NCBI GenBank assembly: GCA_028534125.1
Contig: CM052832.1
Span: 7,628,001-7,692,000 of the forward strand
Length of the DNA stretch: 64,000 nt
Direction of reading: 5' to 3'
DNA from: Lama glama
Taxonomy: Eukaryota
How positions within the stretch are numbered: position 1 is the stretch's first letter; each line of letters begins with the position of its first letter. Below the pieces are notes generated by a model. It saw only the letters and a program-made list of their open reading frames with translations. It searched no databases and was not told the DNA's origin. Both the position numbers and the translations under genes were made by a program. Shown piece by piece: positions 13,021 to 23,562 of the stretch.

Positions 13021-15204
13021 GTCTGAAGAGAGAACAGTCTTCCAATTAACAAAGTCCAGTTTTCATCTCCCTGATCAGGCCCCCTGAATTTGGTGTGCCC
13101 TGTAACTATGGGTACTCCACTACCTAGGATTAAATGCGTATAGATCACTGCAGAGCAGTAGAAAGGATGATATGGTCGCTTTGTTATTACCAGCCCTTAA
13201 TCATTGATTCCTCTGGAATCTAAGGCAAAATAATGTCCAAGTTACCTCATGAGCAATATCTATTTTAAAATGAATATGTTCAGTGGTTAGTTTTATACCA
13301 AACATACTGAAGAATCCGTGGCTTACTGGGAAGGCAAGAAGCCCAGCTCCCAGCTTCACGCCGGAGCCGTAACCGGAGCTCACGTGCACCTGTTAACTGA
13401 CTGACCCTTGCACTCAGCACCTCCGATCAGTGCCGAGGGACAGATCTCTACATACTCACTGATGAGAAGGAACTTTGCTGTCATTTGTAAGACTGTAAGG
13501 ATTATCTTTTAACATCATGTTCAGTTACTCTGCAGAGTGGTTTTAGGAAATGAGATAATATATGTATAAAATGTCCAGTCCTCCCAGCTGTTATTTTTAT
13601 TACAGAACCCGGTCTTGTTTACATAATTGCTCTTGACAGCAAGGGTTTGTTTGTTTTTTTTAAACATCTAGGAGAGCAGTGTCCAACTATTGGGCTCTGG
13701 AAGTAACCTTGTTATAGAAAATTCTGCTTTGTGAATGAAGTCAGATTTTACTGGTGTGGCTGCTTTACGAGCTCAAGTTGATAGTTAATAAAAAAATTTT
13801 TTTAAGGCCAACAATTATAAATATGAAACCGTACCTTGGTAGGGGTAGCACTGAATCACTGCTATCCTATCCATTCTGGAAGCTTTTGGCCAAAAATCAT
13901 AGGCACCAGAAATAACCACTTAGAAAACAAGATTTAGAGAACCCAAAATAACAGAATTATTTGGATAGTAAGACATGTCTGTTTGTTAGATGATTATGTG
14001 TTCTCACAGACACAACCTAATTTTCCTGATAAAAGGGCCTTTGTTAGTGGTATGCTCCTGTACAGTTTCAGACACATTTTTATGATACATTTTTATGCGT
14101 GGCCATCAATTAGGAAGAGAGTCTAGACACCTTGTTTTCAAATTCGGAAGAACCGTTCCTCACTGGATCGCAGCTTCACATGCTGTCATGAGCCATCAGG
14201 CCCCACGCGGACGGCAGCTGTCTGCGGTCTTGCTGAGGGGCTCTCCCCTCGCCGCATTAAGAAACACGTTCCCAACATGCAATATTTCATGCTCTTTCGC
14301 TAAATGGCATCACTGGACAGCCGCAGTTTGAAACTGGGGCTCCGCGTGTTTCCTTGATGGGCGAGAATTCATCTTTCTTTTTAGGCCAAAGGAAAGCAGA
14401 CATCCACGGGGATGCTGCAGTTCTGCTTTCCCTGGGAAAAACAGAAATTCCCAGGATTGTAACAAAGGAACACAGCACAAAGGAGTGTGTCCTGATGTGC
14501 ACTGTCGGCTGGAAGGGTGGTGACTCTGCCCCACAGGCAGGTGGGGGTAAGCCTTGGGGAGGACACGTGAGGAAATCACCCCTCCCATATAGGAATAGGA
14601 AAGCCAGTTCTCTTGAGTTTGGGTTTTTCTTGAGGCGGGTGTTTGGTTTGCGTCTTCTCACTGGGCAGGGAAGTCAGTTCCCCTGATGGGCAAGGCAGAG
14701 TTAAGGTTATGAGTAATTCACATATTTTGCCAGGAAGACATCATTTTGCAATTAGATAGTTAATTAATCCGCAACAGTTTTGAATTCCTGGTGTGTGATC
14801 CACACCTCGTTAGACCCTAGAGGAGAAAGGCAGGGAGAAAAGGAACGTCCACTGAGCCCCATCACCTCTCAAAGTCATGGCCACCCCGAGGGCCAGTCCT
14901 CATTAACTCCCGGCAGCAACGCCTGGGAATAGAACGGGAACTTGAAGTTCATTTGTGGGGCAGGCAACAGTAACATACTCTGCAGATAAATGTCACAGTT
15001 TACTTCACCGATGGCAGGTGCTTTGGGAACACAGTGGGAAACACACAGCTGCATTAACCAAGAGTCTGCATCAGTGGCTCTGCGGGGCAGCGCGCTCTCC
15101 TAGCCCCGGTGGGAAGCCCTCCTGCCCTGGGCCGCACGCCGCGCGGGGGAGCCGCCTATCACAAACGCTGCTCAGGGCCCCTTGCTGCACATCACGCCCT
15201 CAGT

Positions 15205-15750
15205 CAAAGGCAAGTGCTGACGGATGGGTAAGCAGATGTGGGCTCTGTCCAGTGGGCTATTATTCAGCCGCCTAAAGGAATGAAGTACGGATCCATGCCA
15301 CCACATGGATGAACCTTGGAAACAGTATGCCAAGTGAAATAAACCAGACACAAAGGGACAGATACGGCCTGGTTTCACTTAAGTGAAATATCTAGAAAAG
15401 GCAAATTCATAGAGACAGAAATTATAAGTTTTTTTAATGAGAACAGAGGAAGAATTATTGTTTAATGGGTACATAGCCTTTGTTTGGAGTGATGAATAAT
15501 TTTTGGAAATAGAGAGTACTGCCACTGAACTGTAAACTTAAAACTGGTTAAAATGTAGAGGGGAGGATATAGCTCAGTGGTAGAGCACGTGCTTAGCTTG
15601 CACGAGGTCCTGGCTTCAATCCCCAGTACCTCCATTAAATAAATACAAACCTAACCTCCCCAATAAGTAAATAAATAAAAGGTTTTTCTTTAAAAAAAAT
15701 GTACAAAAATGTGTTTTAAAAAACTGAAAAATTTTATGTTCTATATATTT
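15205..15750 (+). mobile_element. L1MB-type LINE-1 3' end, interrupted by a SINE
   Basis: ctattattcagccgcctaaaggaatgaagtac...acatggatgaaccttggaaacagtatgccaagtgaaataaaccagacacaaa...ggcaaattcatagagacagaa. Confidence 0.8.
15558..15695 (+). mobile_element. tRNA-derived SINE (camelid Vic-1-like)
   Basis: gggaggatatagctcagtggtagagc (A box)...ggcttcaatccccagtacctcc (B box), AT-rich tail, TSD AAAATGTA at 15550-15557 and 15696-15703. Confidence 0.85.
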
Positions 15751-15899
15751 TTCACTCTTCCCACCCCCACCTTCCAAGAAGGCAGCTCCTGGAACACGGT
15801 GACAGTCTGTGGCCAGTGCTGCTGCCTGAGGCTTCAATGGGTATTGCTTAAGTCAGAGGAAGGGTGGGTTTGAGCTGCAGAAGCTTTTAAGTATGAGGA

Positions 15900-16960
15900 A
15901 AGGCAAATTAACTCATCAAATCCTTCTCTTCATGTGCTCCTTCAAGATTCAGTGTATACTCACAAATTAATACAGTATTCACAGTGGTTGCATGTGCTGG
16001 CTGAAAAATGGTGTTACTCATATTACTCTTAAATTTGTTGGTCTATGTAGAGTCTAGATGTAACATACATGAAGCGTAGTATGTCATTTATGTTGGCAGT
16101 GAGATGGGCATTAAACATTAGAATTACAAATATATTTGTTTTTAATAAAAAATATATAAGGAGATGCCATTAAGTTTTCAAAAAATTAAGATTGAAATTT
16201 TAATTTTTTTTAAATAATTTAAAAGCGTATCAGGGGCAAGGCCATCATAATGGTGTTAGTACAGCTGGCAAAGGAGAAGCTGTATGTGCCAGAATTTGGG
16301 GAAAATGACAGTAGTATTTTTTATGCTTTGAGCAATGCATGGTCCTTTTTTTTTTTTTTTTTTTTTGAAGGACTGGGGATTGAACCTAAGACCTCATGCA
16401 TGCTAATAAGCACGCCCTCTACCACTGAGCTATTTCCCTTCCCCTAGTCTTTTGAATTTGTTGCTAGAAGTTGTGGTGACAACCCTGCCAATAAGCAATG
16501 ACATTCTCTGAAACAATTTGAAGGTTATTTATGATATTTTCTGGATCTGCCCAAGGAAAGAACATCTTGATGAAACAGATACCAAATTTGACCCTGCAGT
16601 CACTGTCAAACACATTGTGGGAATGCAAACTAAAAACAGTTAAAGCCATTCGATTTAATTTTGAGAAGATACAAGGTGAACCCAAAAGAAAACAACAGAA
16701 GTTTCTCAAATCAGGAATAAACTAAAGTTTTTGGAAGAAAATGAAATCAGTTTGAAATTGTGCTATCCACAAGTTACTTGGTTTGAACTATTAATTGCTG
16801 GGAATAATGTTAGCAAAAGAATACCAATAAATTATACCTAAGTTTGGCCATATCTTTTTTTTTTAATTTAAGAGAAAATATTTTTCTAAATCTAAGGCAA
16901 ATTCAAACCCAGAAATGAAAACATTTGCCTAATTATGAAGGAGAATTCTCACAAACAAGC
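15900..16960 (+). mobile_element. Fossil hAT DNA transposon (Tip100/Zaphod-like) transposase remnant
   Basis: Broken frames read YQGQGHHNGVSTAGKGEAVCARI (from 16228), FFML*AMHSLLNLLL, IFSGSAQGKNILMKQIPNLTLQSLSNTLWECKLKTVKAIRF and VTWFELLIAGNNVSK. These match the hAT motifs GQGYDNGANM.G, C..HSLNL and TLK.LS.TRW. Stops and frameshifts are present; boundaries approximate. Confidence 0.75.
16346..16444 (-). mobile_element. tRNA-derived SINE (Vic-1-like)
   Basis: poly(T) then ggactggggattgaacctaagacctcatgcatgcta...ctctaccactgagctat...cccc. Confidence 0.85.
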
Positions 16961-17309
16961 CATCTTAAAACTAATTTCCTTAGAGGATTTTTCTGTTTAT
17001 TATAGGTGAAGGTGTGTCATTCTAACAAAAGCCTTTCAATGAATCTCTTATTTTATGTCTGGCAAAGTTATTTAAATTCTGTGGGGTGAGTAGGGGGACA
17101 TGCATTGTTGGAAAAAGTTTATCATTTAATTTTAATGAGGAGAACAGTATTTATTAATTCCGAAGTATAAACTATAAGAAGTAAACAGTTGTCTACAGGA
17201 GACCCAACTGCTGCACAGGATACGCGTCACAGTGGAGGCGAGTGGAGGCTGCGGCCCAGAAGTCCCGGTGGCAGTGTTCTTCTTTCTCTGAGACACTCTG
17301 AGACCTCTG

Positions 17310-17450
17310 CTCCGTGTTGCCCAAATGCGTCCTCACAGGGCTGTGCCAGTTGACTCTCCCACCAGCCATTTGTGAGAGTCAGATTTCACTGTGTTCATGC
17401 CAGTATTATTAGAAGTTTTCAACTTCATTAAAAGTTTAATAATTTGATAG
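17310..17450 (-). mobile_element. Old L1M fragment
   Basis: gggctgtgccagttgactctcccaccagccatttgtgagagtc resembles antisense L1 ORF2 3' region. Confidence 0.5.
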
Positions 17451-17544
17451 TCTGCCAACATTCCTAAACTGTAGCATGGCAGTAAAACTCAAACCATCCC
17501 TGTTGTCAAAGTATTTCTTGGAGAATCACAGTACTCTCTCTGCC

Positions 17545-17830
17545 TTTGGTATGAGGGAAGAACCCGGGGCCAAGCGTCAGAGCCCTCGCCTCGCCTCCCA
17601 GCCGTGAGGACAAGTCCGTGAGCCTCTCTCCATCTGTGATGTGAGTCATAATATAGAGTGCTTAAGAACAGTCAAGGAGATGATAAAAGTGAACATTCAT
17701 AAATAGAAAAATTCTAGATAAACGTAAATTGTAAGATAATTGGTGTATATTGTATTAGTATAGCGTACGGTTAAGACCTGAGTACCTACTTCATAGGATT
17801 GTGTGAGACTTAAATACAGATACATCACTT
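17545..17830 (+). mobile_element. MIR fragments
   Basis: ggacaagtccgtgagcctctctccatctgtgatgtgag; agtacctacttcataggattgtgtgagacttaaat. Confidence 0.5.
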
Positions 17831-17869
17831 CTGACTCCAGTTTTTAAAATCCAAATTTGAAGTGGGAGT

Positions 17870-18420
17870 GGACTAAACTGGCAATCCTAAAGTTCATCTA
17901 GAAAATCCAATCTGTTAGAATAGCCAGGAAAATTCTCAAAAGATACAATTGGGGGAGGGAGTATTAATTAGCCAGGCCAAATACTCAAACATACTACAAA
18001 GCTGTAGTAATTCAGAGTTTGATGTTGGTACATAAATAGTTTGAGAAGCCTAGAAAGACCAAAAATATTCCCAAATATGCATGATGAATTTAGCATATGA
18101 TAGATAGAAAAATAATCTCCAAAAATACGTTTGTAACCAAACCCAAACAACAAAAACAAAAACCTAAGATATAGAGCCACAGACAGGAACACTGTGTTAT
18201 TATTTATATGAAGAGGGGTCATCAGGGAGAACCGCTGTCTGTCTGTGCACGTCTGTCTTTGTACAAGGACTCACCTGGAAGGGCACCCGTGAAACTGGTG
18301 AATGTGGTTGTCGGAGTGAGTTCAGAGATGAGAGGAGGCGTCCTAGTTGATACTACCCTTTGCTATGGTTTGAAGTTTTTAAACCAGTTTCAAGTATTAC
18401 CTATTTTTAAATATCTTAAA
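17870..18420 (+). mobile_element. Old L1M (ORF2 and 3' fragments)
   Basis: atcctaaagttcatctagaaaa...agaatagccaggaaaattct...acatactacaaagctgtagtaatt matches the L1 ORF2 YYKA.V region. Confidence 0.65.
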
Positions 18421-19399
18421 GAAAACAGTAGCTCAGAGTAAGGCAGAGCCAGTGGGAAATTTTACAAACAAAATATCTTGATGACTTTTTAACTTTTCTC
18501 TCGGGTATTTTAGTGTTCTGGTATCTAATGTACCAGGAGTTGTATAAACCTGCCTTTCTGCACTTCTTTGCATAGTCCCGCACAGAGTTGGCTTGTACTA
18601 TAGACTTTCTGGAGTGTAGAGGGGACTTTCCTTTACCACGGAATGGGTCTAATTTAAGAAGCAGGACTGCAGAGTTGGCAGTCTTCTTAAATACTTTTGC
18701 CATAGTACCAGTGTGAAATATCAAACTTTTGGCAGCCAGGCATGTTCCATGAATTCATGTGTAGCATTTCTTTTCTGTTTAGAGTTGAAATCCAGTGCCC
18801 AGTGCCTAGTTTGAAAATTATCTTTCTGAAAATCTTGCTTCATTTCTGCACCAGTTGAAATGAAGCCCTTTGGACATGTGGGGAGTTGTTAAAACGTCTT
18901 CCTTTGGAAAGTCACTGCAATGCATTTCAGCGGAGATTTTTTCTTGCTGCTCTTTCAAATTCCCTTTGTTGTTTCGGTCCCTCACCCTTCCTTACTCCTC
19001 CGCAGTCAAAGCCATGACATTAACTGCAGAACGGACACTAAGCAAGTTTTCTCTTGTTTTTAAACTTAACATTGGAGAAAATACAGATACACATATAGTA
19101 CCAAAAACTGTATCAAATCAGGAATTTTGCAAGCCTTTGAAGTCAACATCTCAGAAAATGGAGACAGCTACGTTGTGTATATCATCATCCTGAAAAATAG
19201 CACCTCCCGAAACAGTGATGCCTGTAACATCCAAATATAAATCAGAATGTGGTGATTTAACTACTGACCTTTCAGCCAACTGTGATCGTTAACGACAGTA
19301 CCATCTGTAATAACTGGTGAGACGGCGGCGGTTCATGGGTGATGAGACTCAGTAAGCTGTCGCGTGCTCTCAAGGTTAGCAACATATTCATTATCTATC

Positions 19400-19865
19400 G
19401 TGTCAGATCTGTGATAACTGCAACAACCCCAGAACTTAATGTCTTAAAACAACAGTAATCAGTTTCTTATCATGGCATGTTTTCTGTGGGCTGGGAATTT
19501 GGGAACAGCATGGTTGGGCAGTTCTGAGTTGTGGTTTCCCGTGAGGTTGCAGTCAGTTGTCAGCCTGGGGCTCCCGGAGGCCGGAGGATGCGCTTCCCAG
19601 GTGGTCCACTGACATGACGGACACGGGGGTGCTGGCCAACGACTGGAGACCTCAGTTCTCCGTGGTACCACTCAGGTGTCCTCACTGCACCACAGCTGGC
19701 TTATTCCAGAGCTAGCAACCCCAGAGAGCATGCTGGGACTCACAGGGCCTTCGGTGACCTGGCCCCGAGGTCACACACTGATTCTGTGTGAGAGAACGAC
19801 ACAAGGGCTTGAGTACCAGGAGGCAAGAATTTCCAAGGGCTATCCTGGCAGCTGCCTACCCTAGC
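19400..19865 (-). mobile_element. MaLR solo LTR (MLT1F-like)
   Basis: aacaaccccagaacttaatgtcttaaaacaaca...ctgtgggctgggaatttggg...gaggttgcagtcag...acaagggcttgagtaccaggaggc. Confidence 0.75.
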
Positions 19866-20319
19866 ATCCGAAGCAGGATGTAGTCTTTAGGAAGAGAGTG
19901 ATTTGGGCTCACTTAAAAAAAAAAAAGTAACGCAATCAGGAGCTTCGTCTTGTCTCCAAAAGTACAAATGCTAAAGATTAGGCCATATTATGTCCAGTTT
20001 TAAGGGAGGAAATTTCTACTGAATAAAGGACCACAGCCAGTTTTCCCCCCTGCACTAAATCTTAAGTGAGCCTTTTTCTAACATTAGATTTCTGTAGGAT
20101 GACTAATGGACTGGAGGGTAATTCAGCCATTGTTTTTAAAAATCCATTTTGGCAAACAAACCTGACATTCTGCTGAGAGTTGAGGTTAACCCCCCGCTCT
20201 TTGAAAAGTACTGAAGGGCCTGTGTGAGTCCTCTCCACGGTGAGAAGCCTCTGTTCCCCACGTCTAGCCGAACCCCACACTAGTCTGCCCAGCCTTCAGT
20301 TTATCCTCTGTAGCAGGAC

Positions 20320-20540
20320 CTTGGGCTGAGTCAACACAACTGGGATTTGGAATCTTGACTCCAGAAAGTCTGCATTTTTTTAACCTCAGGCTCAGCCATT
20401 CTCTGATTTTAAAACTAGTAACATTTTAAGTTACATACTCAAAGGTAGATTTAGCATTAAATGAGGTGATGTGCATAAGGTGCTTTGGCACAGTCCGCCA
20501 GAGAGTCAGGACGCAGTCAGTGAGGTGGCATCAGAGCCAT
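20320..20540 (+). mobile_element. MIR
   Basis: ctgggatttggaatcttgactcc...gcattaaatgaggtgatgtgcataaggtgctttggcacagt. Confidence 0.55.
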
Positions 20541-20984
20541 TCTAACCGTGTTGGCATTACCACTGCACACGCTTGGCCTTGACCTTCTGTGCAGCTGTAC
20601 TACATGCTGCTTTGAGGTATCCTGAGTTTTCTAACCTGGCTTTTAAAAAGTGGAAGGCCACCCTTTCTGACTTTTCTACCCTACAGGAATTTCATACATG
20701 CACATAAATGAAAGAATATGTGAAAATGACTTAGAGAAAAGCAAAACAGGAAAGAGGTGCTTTTAAAAGGCTGCGAGTGTGAGATCTAGAAGAGGTTTAG
20801 TGTCTTCAGTTAACAAGCTCTCTTGTGAACCTGAGATGCCTCGTATTTACACTTAGTGTTTAAGATGGGATGATCTTAAAGATTCCTCTCATCACTCAGC
20901 ATCTTTCTGATTTTTTTATTTGATCTCACAGTAACCCTATGGAGGAAGAGTTATCTTTGGGCCGATTACTCTTGTGACTCAGCT

Positions 20985-21240
20985 GCCGCATGTAGAAAAT
21001 GTGACTAACAATAGTGCCTTCTCACGGGCTTGTTAAGGATTAAATGAGTTAAAATGTGTAAAGCCCTTAGAACAGTGCCCGGAATGTAATGAGAACCCTC
21101 CAAGTCTTAGCAGTGATGAGGATGTGTACAGTGATGATTTTGTAGACGAGGAAGCTGAGATTCATGAAAATTAATCCTTTTTTCTGAGATCACACAATAA
21201 TAGAGTGGGAACTTGAATTTTCATCTTCTGTTAAACCCCA
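20985..21240. mobile_element. Two opposed MIR fragments
   Basis: + strand 3' half (aggattaaatgagttaaaatgtgtaaagcccttagaacagtgcc) followed by - strand core (ttttgtagacgaggaagctgag). Confidence 0.65.
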
Positions 21241-21684
21241 TTATTTGTGCGTATGTCTTTCAAACCTTGTTGTCCAATTTTAAAATACGTAATTTACTTT
21301 CGTACCATCTAAACAGCTCTGCCAAGGTGGTTTTACCAAAAAAGGTAAGGAATCAGAAGGTGGGGTGTTGTCTGTCCCTCAGGTTCTGAATGTCTATGGG
21401 ACTATGGCAATGCCGCCTTCAAAAGTAAGTCCCACCAGGGCATCGCCACTGAGGAAGCAGGAAGGGAACTCCACTTAGTTCCCCAGGACTCCGCGCTGCC
21501 TCAGTTCCACTAACACTGCCCGTGAGGGCATCATTCAGGTTACCCTACTTCAGTTCTGTCTTCAGATTTCTCACTTATTTGAATGAGGAGGAGGAGCTTC
21601 ATTTTGTACCGTATAGCCTATCGACACAGTAAATAGTGGTTTGGTTTTAAAGTAGATTCTTTGTTCCCCATTCTTTTCCACTAG

Positions 21685-22350
21685 CGGTGACTCTGCTTTG
21701 GGTGAGTGCTCAGAAAGTAAAATCTCATTGCCTCCTATGCAGTCACTACATCAGGAGTGACCGCGGCCCCGGACAGTGCAAACATCCTTTTAGCCAATTT
21801 AAAAAGTTAGTGGAAACTAGAAGGCAGTTTGATTAGTTTCAGGATTCTTATTGTTTGTTTTGTTTTCAAATATAACCAGAGCATTATTTCTCCGAGGCCG
21901 TGTCTTTCAAAACAAAATGTCCTTGAATAGCTCTACAGTTCTAAACAGTGCTGCCTTTACTCAAAATATTTTTTAAATTACTCTGGTAATTATCTTCAGA
22001 ACTTGCAACACATTCTTTTGAAAAGACTCATTGGTGACAAATCAATTGTATTATTTTATTAACACACCATAGAGCTATAGATTTGAACTACTAGCCAATG
22101 TAAAAAGAAAGATTACGGAGTGGATTGTCTTGTGGCTCAATTCAGTGGCTGTGTGTCGTGAAACTAAGTTGATGCAGAAAATTAAAGAAATGCTAAAGAA
22201 AAAATTTTAAATATCAACTGGTAATAGTAGATTATTACTGTTTCTGGACGTCATTGGCACATTTCCATTATATCAACATCATTAAGAGTATTTGTCTTCA
22301 CACTAAGTTTACATAGTGGAAAAGTTAAATAAAATGTTCTATAAGAACTT
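21685..22350 (+). other. Candidate exon of an unidentified + strand gene: 17-nt microexon (21685-21701) or terminal exon with 3'UTR
   Basis: Acceptor attctttgttccccattcttttccactag|C; internal donor TGG|gtgagt at 21702; read-through frame GDSALGECSESKISLPPMQSLHQE* (21686-21760); AT-rich tract with no repeat I recognise; AATAAA at 22328 (U-rich downstream) and 22798. Confidence 0.4.
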
Positions 22351-22939
22351 TTTTTTAGCAAAATAATATTCAATTATATTGTTCAATTTTTATATTTTAT
22401 ATTATTTTTAAATGTTATAAAAATGTATTATTTTATTGCCCTATAAAACACACAAGCTTATTAACGTGATTTTCTTGGTCTGTTTATGAGAATGTTTTAT
22501 CAAAATGGATATTTTAAATGTTATAAAGATGTAGTACTGTGCTAAATTAGACTATAAATGATTAATTTGGAAAACAAATACTTTTTATTATTTTTCTAAA
22601 ATGCCTTTATATGTTATAATAGGCGACTATTAGGAAGTAAGATGTTTTTCACGCACACCTATGCTGTCTTTGGGGACACAGACGTCTGCTGTAAATGAAT
22701 AGTTGAGTTACCATTTGCCTAAATGTAAATGTTGGTTTTTGTGTTCATTCAAAAGACTTCTCTCTAATTTTTACTCTGTTTGAGTAAAGTGATTTGTAAT
22801 AAAAATAAGAGTAGAGAGAAAAGTACGGAGTCAGGAAAATGGAGCTAAATTCTTGAAATAGATGTCAGTAGAAGGAAAGAAATTGTATTTTGGGCTGCTA
22901 ACACTTGGCTCACGGGGTTTGATTTAATGAGGCTGTAGG

Positions 22940-23100
22940 GTGCGGTGAAAAGAGCAGTAATTCAAGTCCTTGGCGCTGCCACTAATCTCTCTGCTGGAAC
23001 TCAGACCAATCACTTGACCTCTGTGAGCTTCTGCTTCCTCGTCTGTAAAACGAGGGTTTTGATGACATGTTTGGTGAAACCTCTTCCAGTTACAACATTC
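22940..23100 (+). mobile_element. MIR3/MIRc
   Basis: ttcaagtccttggcgctgccactaatctct...tcacttgacctctgtgagcttctgcttcctcgtctgtaaaacgagggt. Confidence 0.75.
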
Positions 23101-23202
23101 CATCATTCTCATTCTGGGTGGACTGATTCAGATCTTCCTTCCCCTCCGTGCTAATTGCATGCAGACTACCTCGGCATCCTCAGATGTTTAACTTCCAGGC
23201 TT

Positions 23203-23562
23203 TGTGTTAGTCAGCTCAGACTGCTGTTACGACATACCATAGACTGGGTGGCTTAAACGACAGACGTTTATTTTCTCACAGTTCTGGAGGCTGGGAAGTC
23301 CTGATCCAGGTGCTGGCCAGCTCTCTTTCTGGCTTGCAGACGGCCACGTTCTTGCTACCACCTCACTCGGTCTTCCCTCAGTGGGAGAGATCCCTCCCTT
23401 CCTCTTATAAAGCCACCAATCCTGTCAGGTTAGGACCCCACCATTATGACTTCATTCAACCTTAATTACCTCCTAGAAGCCCTGTCTCCAAATATAGTCA
23501 CATTGGGCGTTAGGGCTTCAACATAGCAATTTTGAGGGGGAAACACAATTACATCTGTAGCG
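23203..23562 (-). mobile_element. MaLR solo LTR (MLT1A/MLT1A0-like)
   Basis: tgtgttagtcagctcagactgctg...ccatagactgggtggcttaaacgacagacgtttattttctcacagttctggaggctgggaagtcc...ttagggcttcaacata. Confidence 0.88.

Noticed and set aside
13415..13435. REST/NRSE-like tcagcacctccgatcagtgcc
   Set aside because: The right half lacks the GGACAG core
15558..15635. tRNA gene
   Set aside because: A/B boxes are present, but the A-rich tail, TSD and multiple degenerate copies identify it as a SINE head
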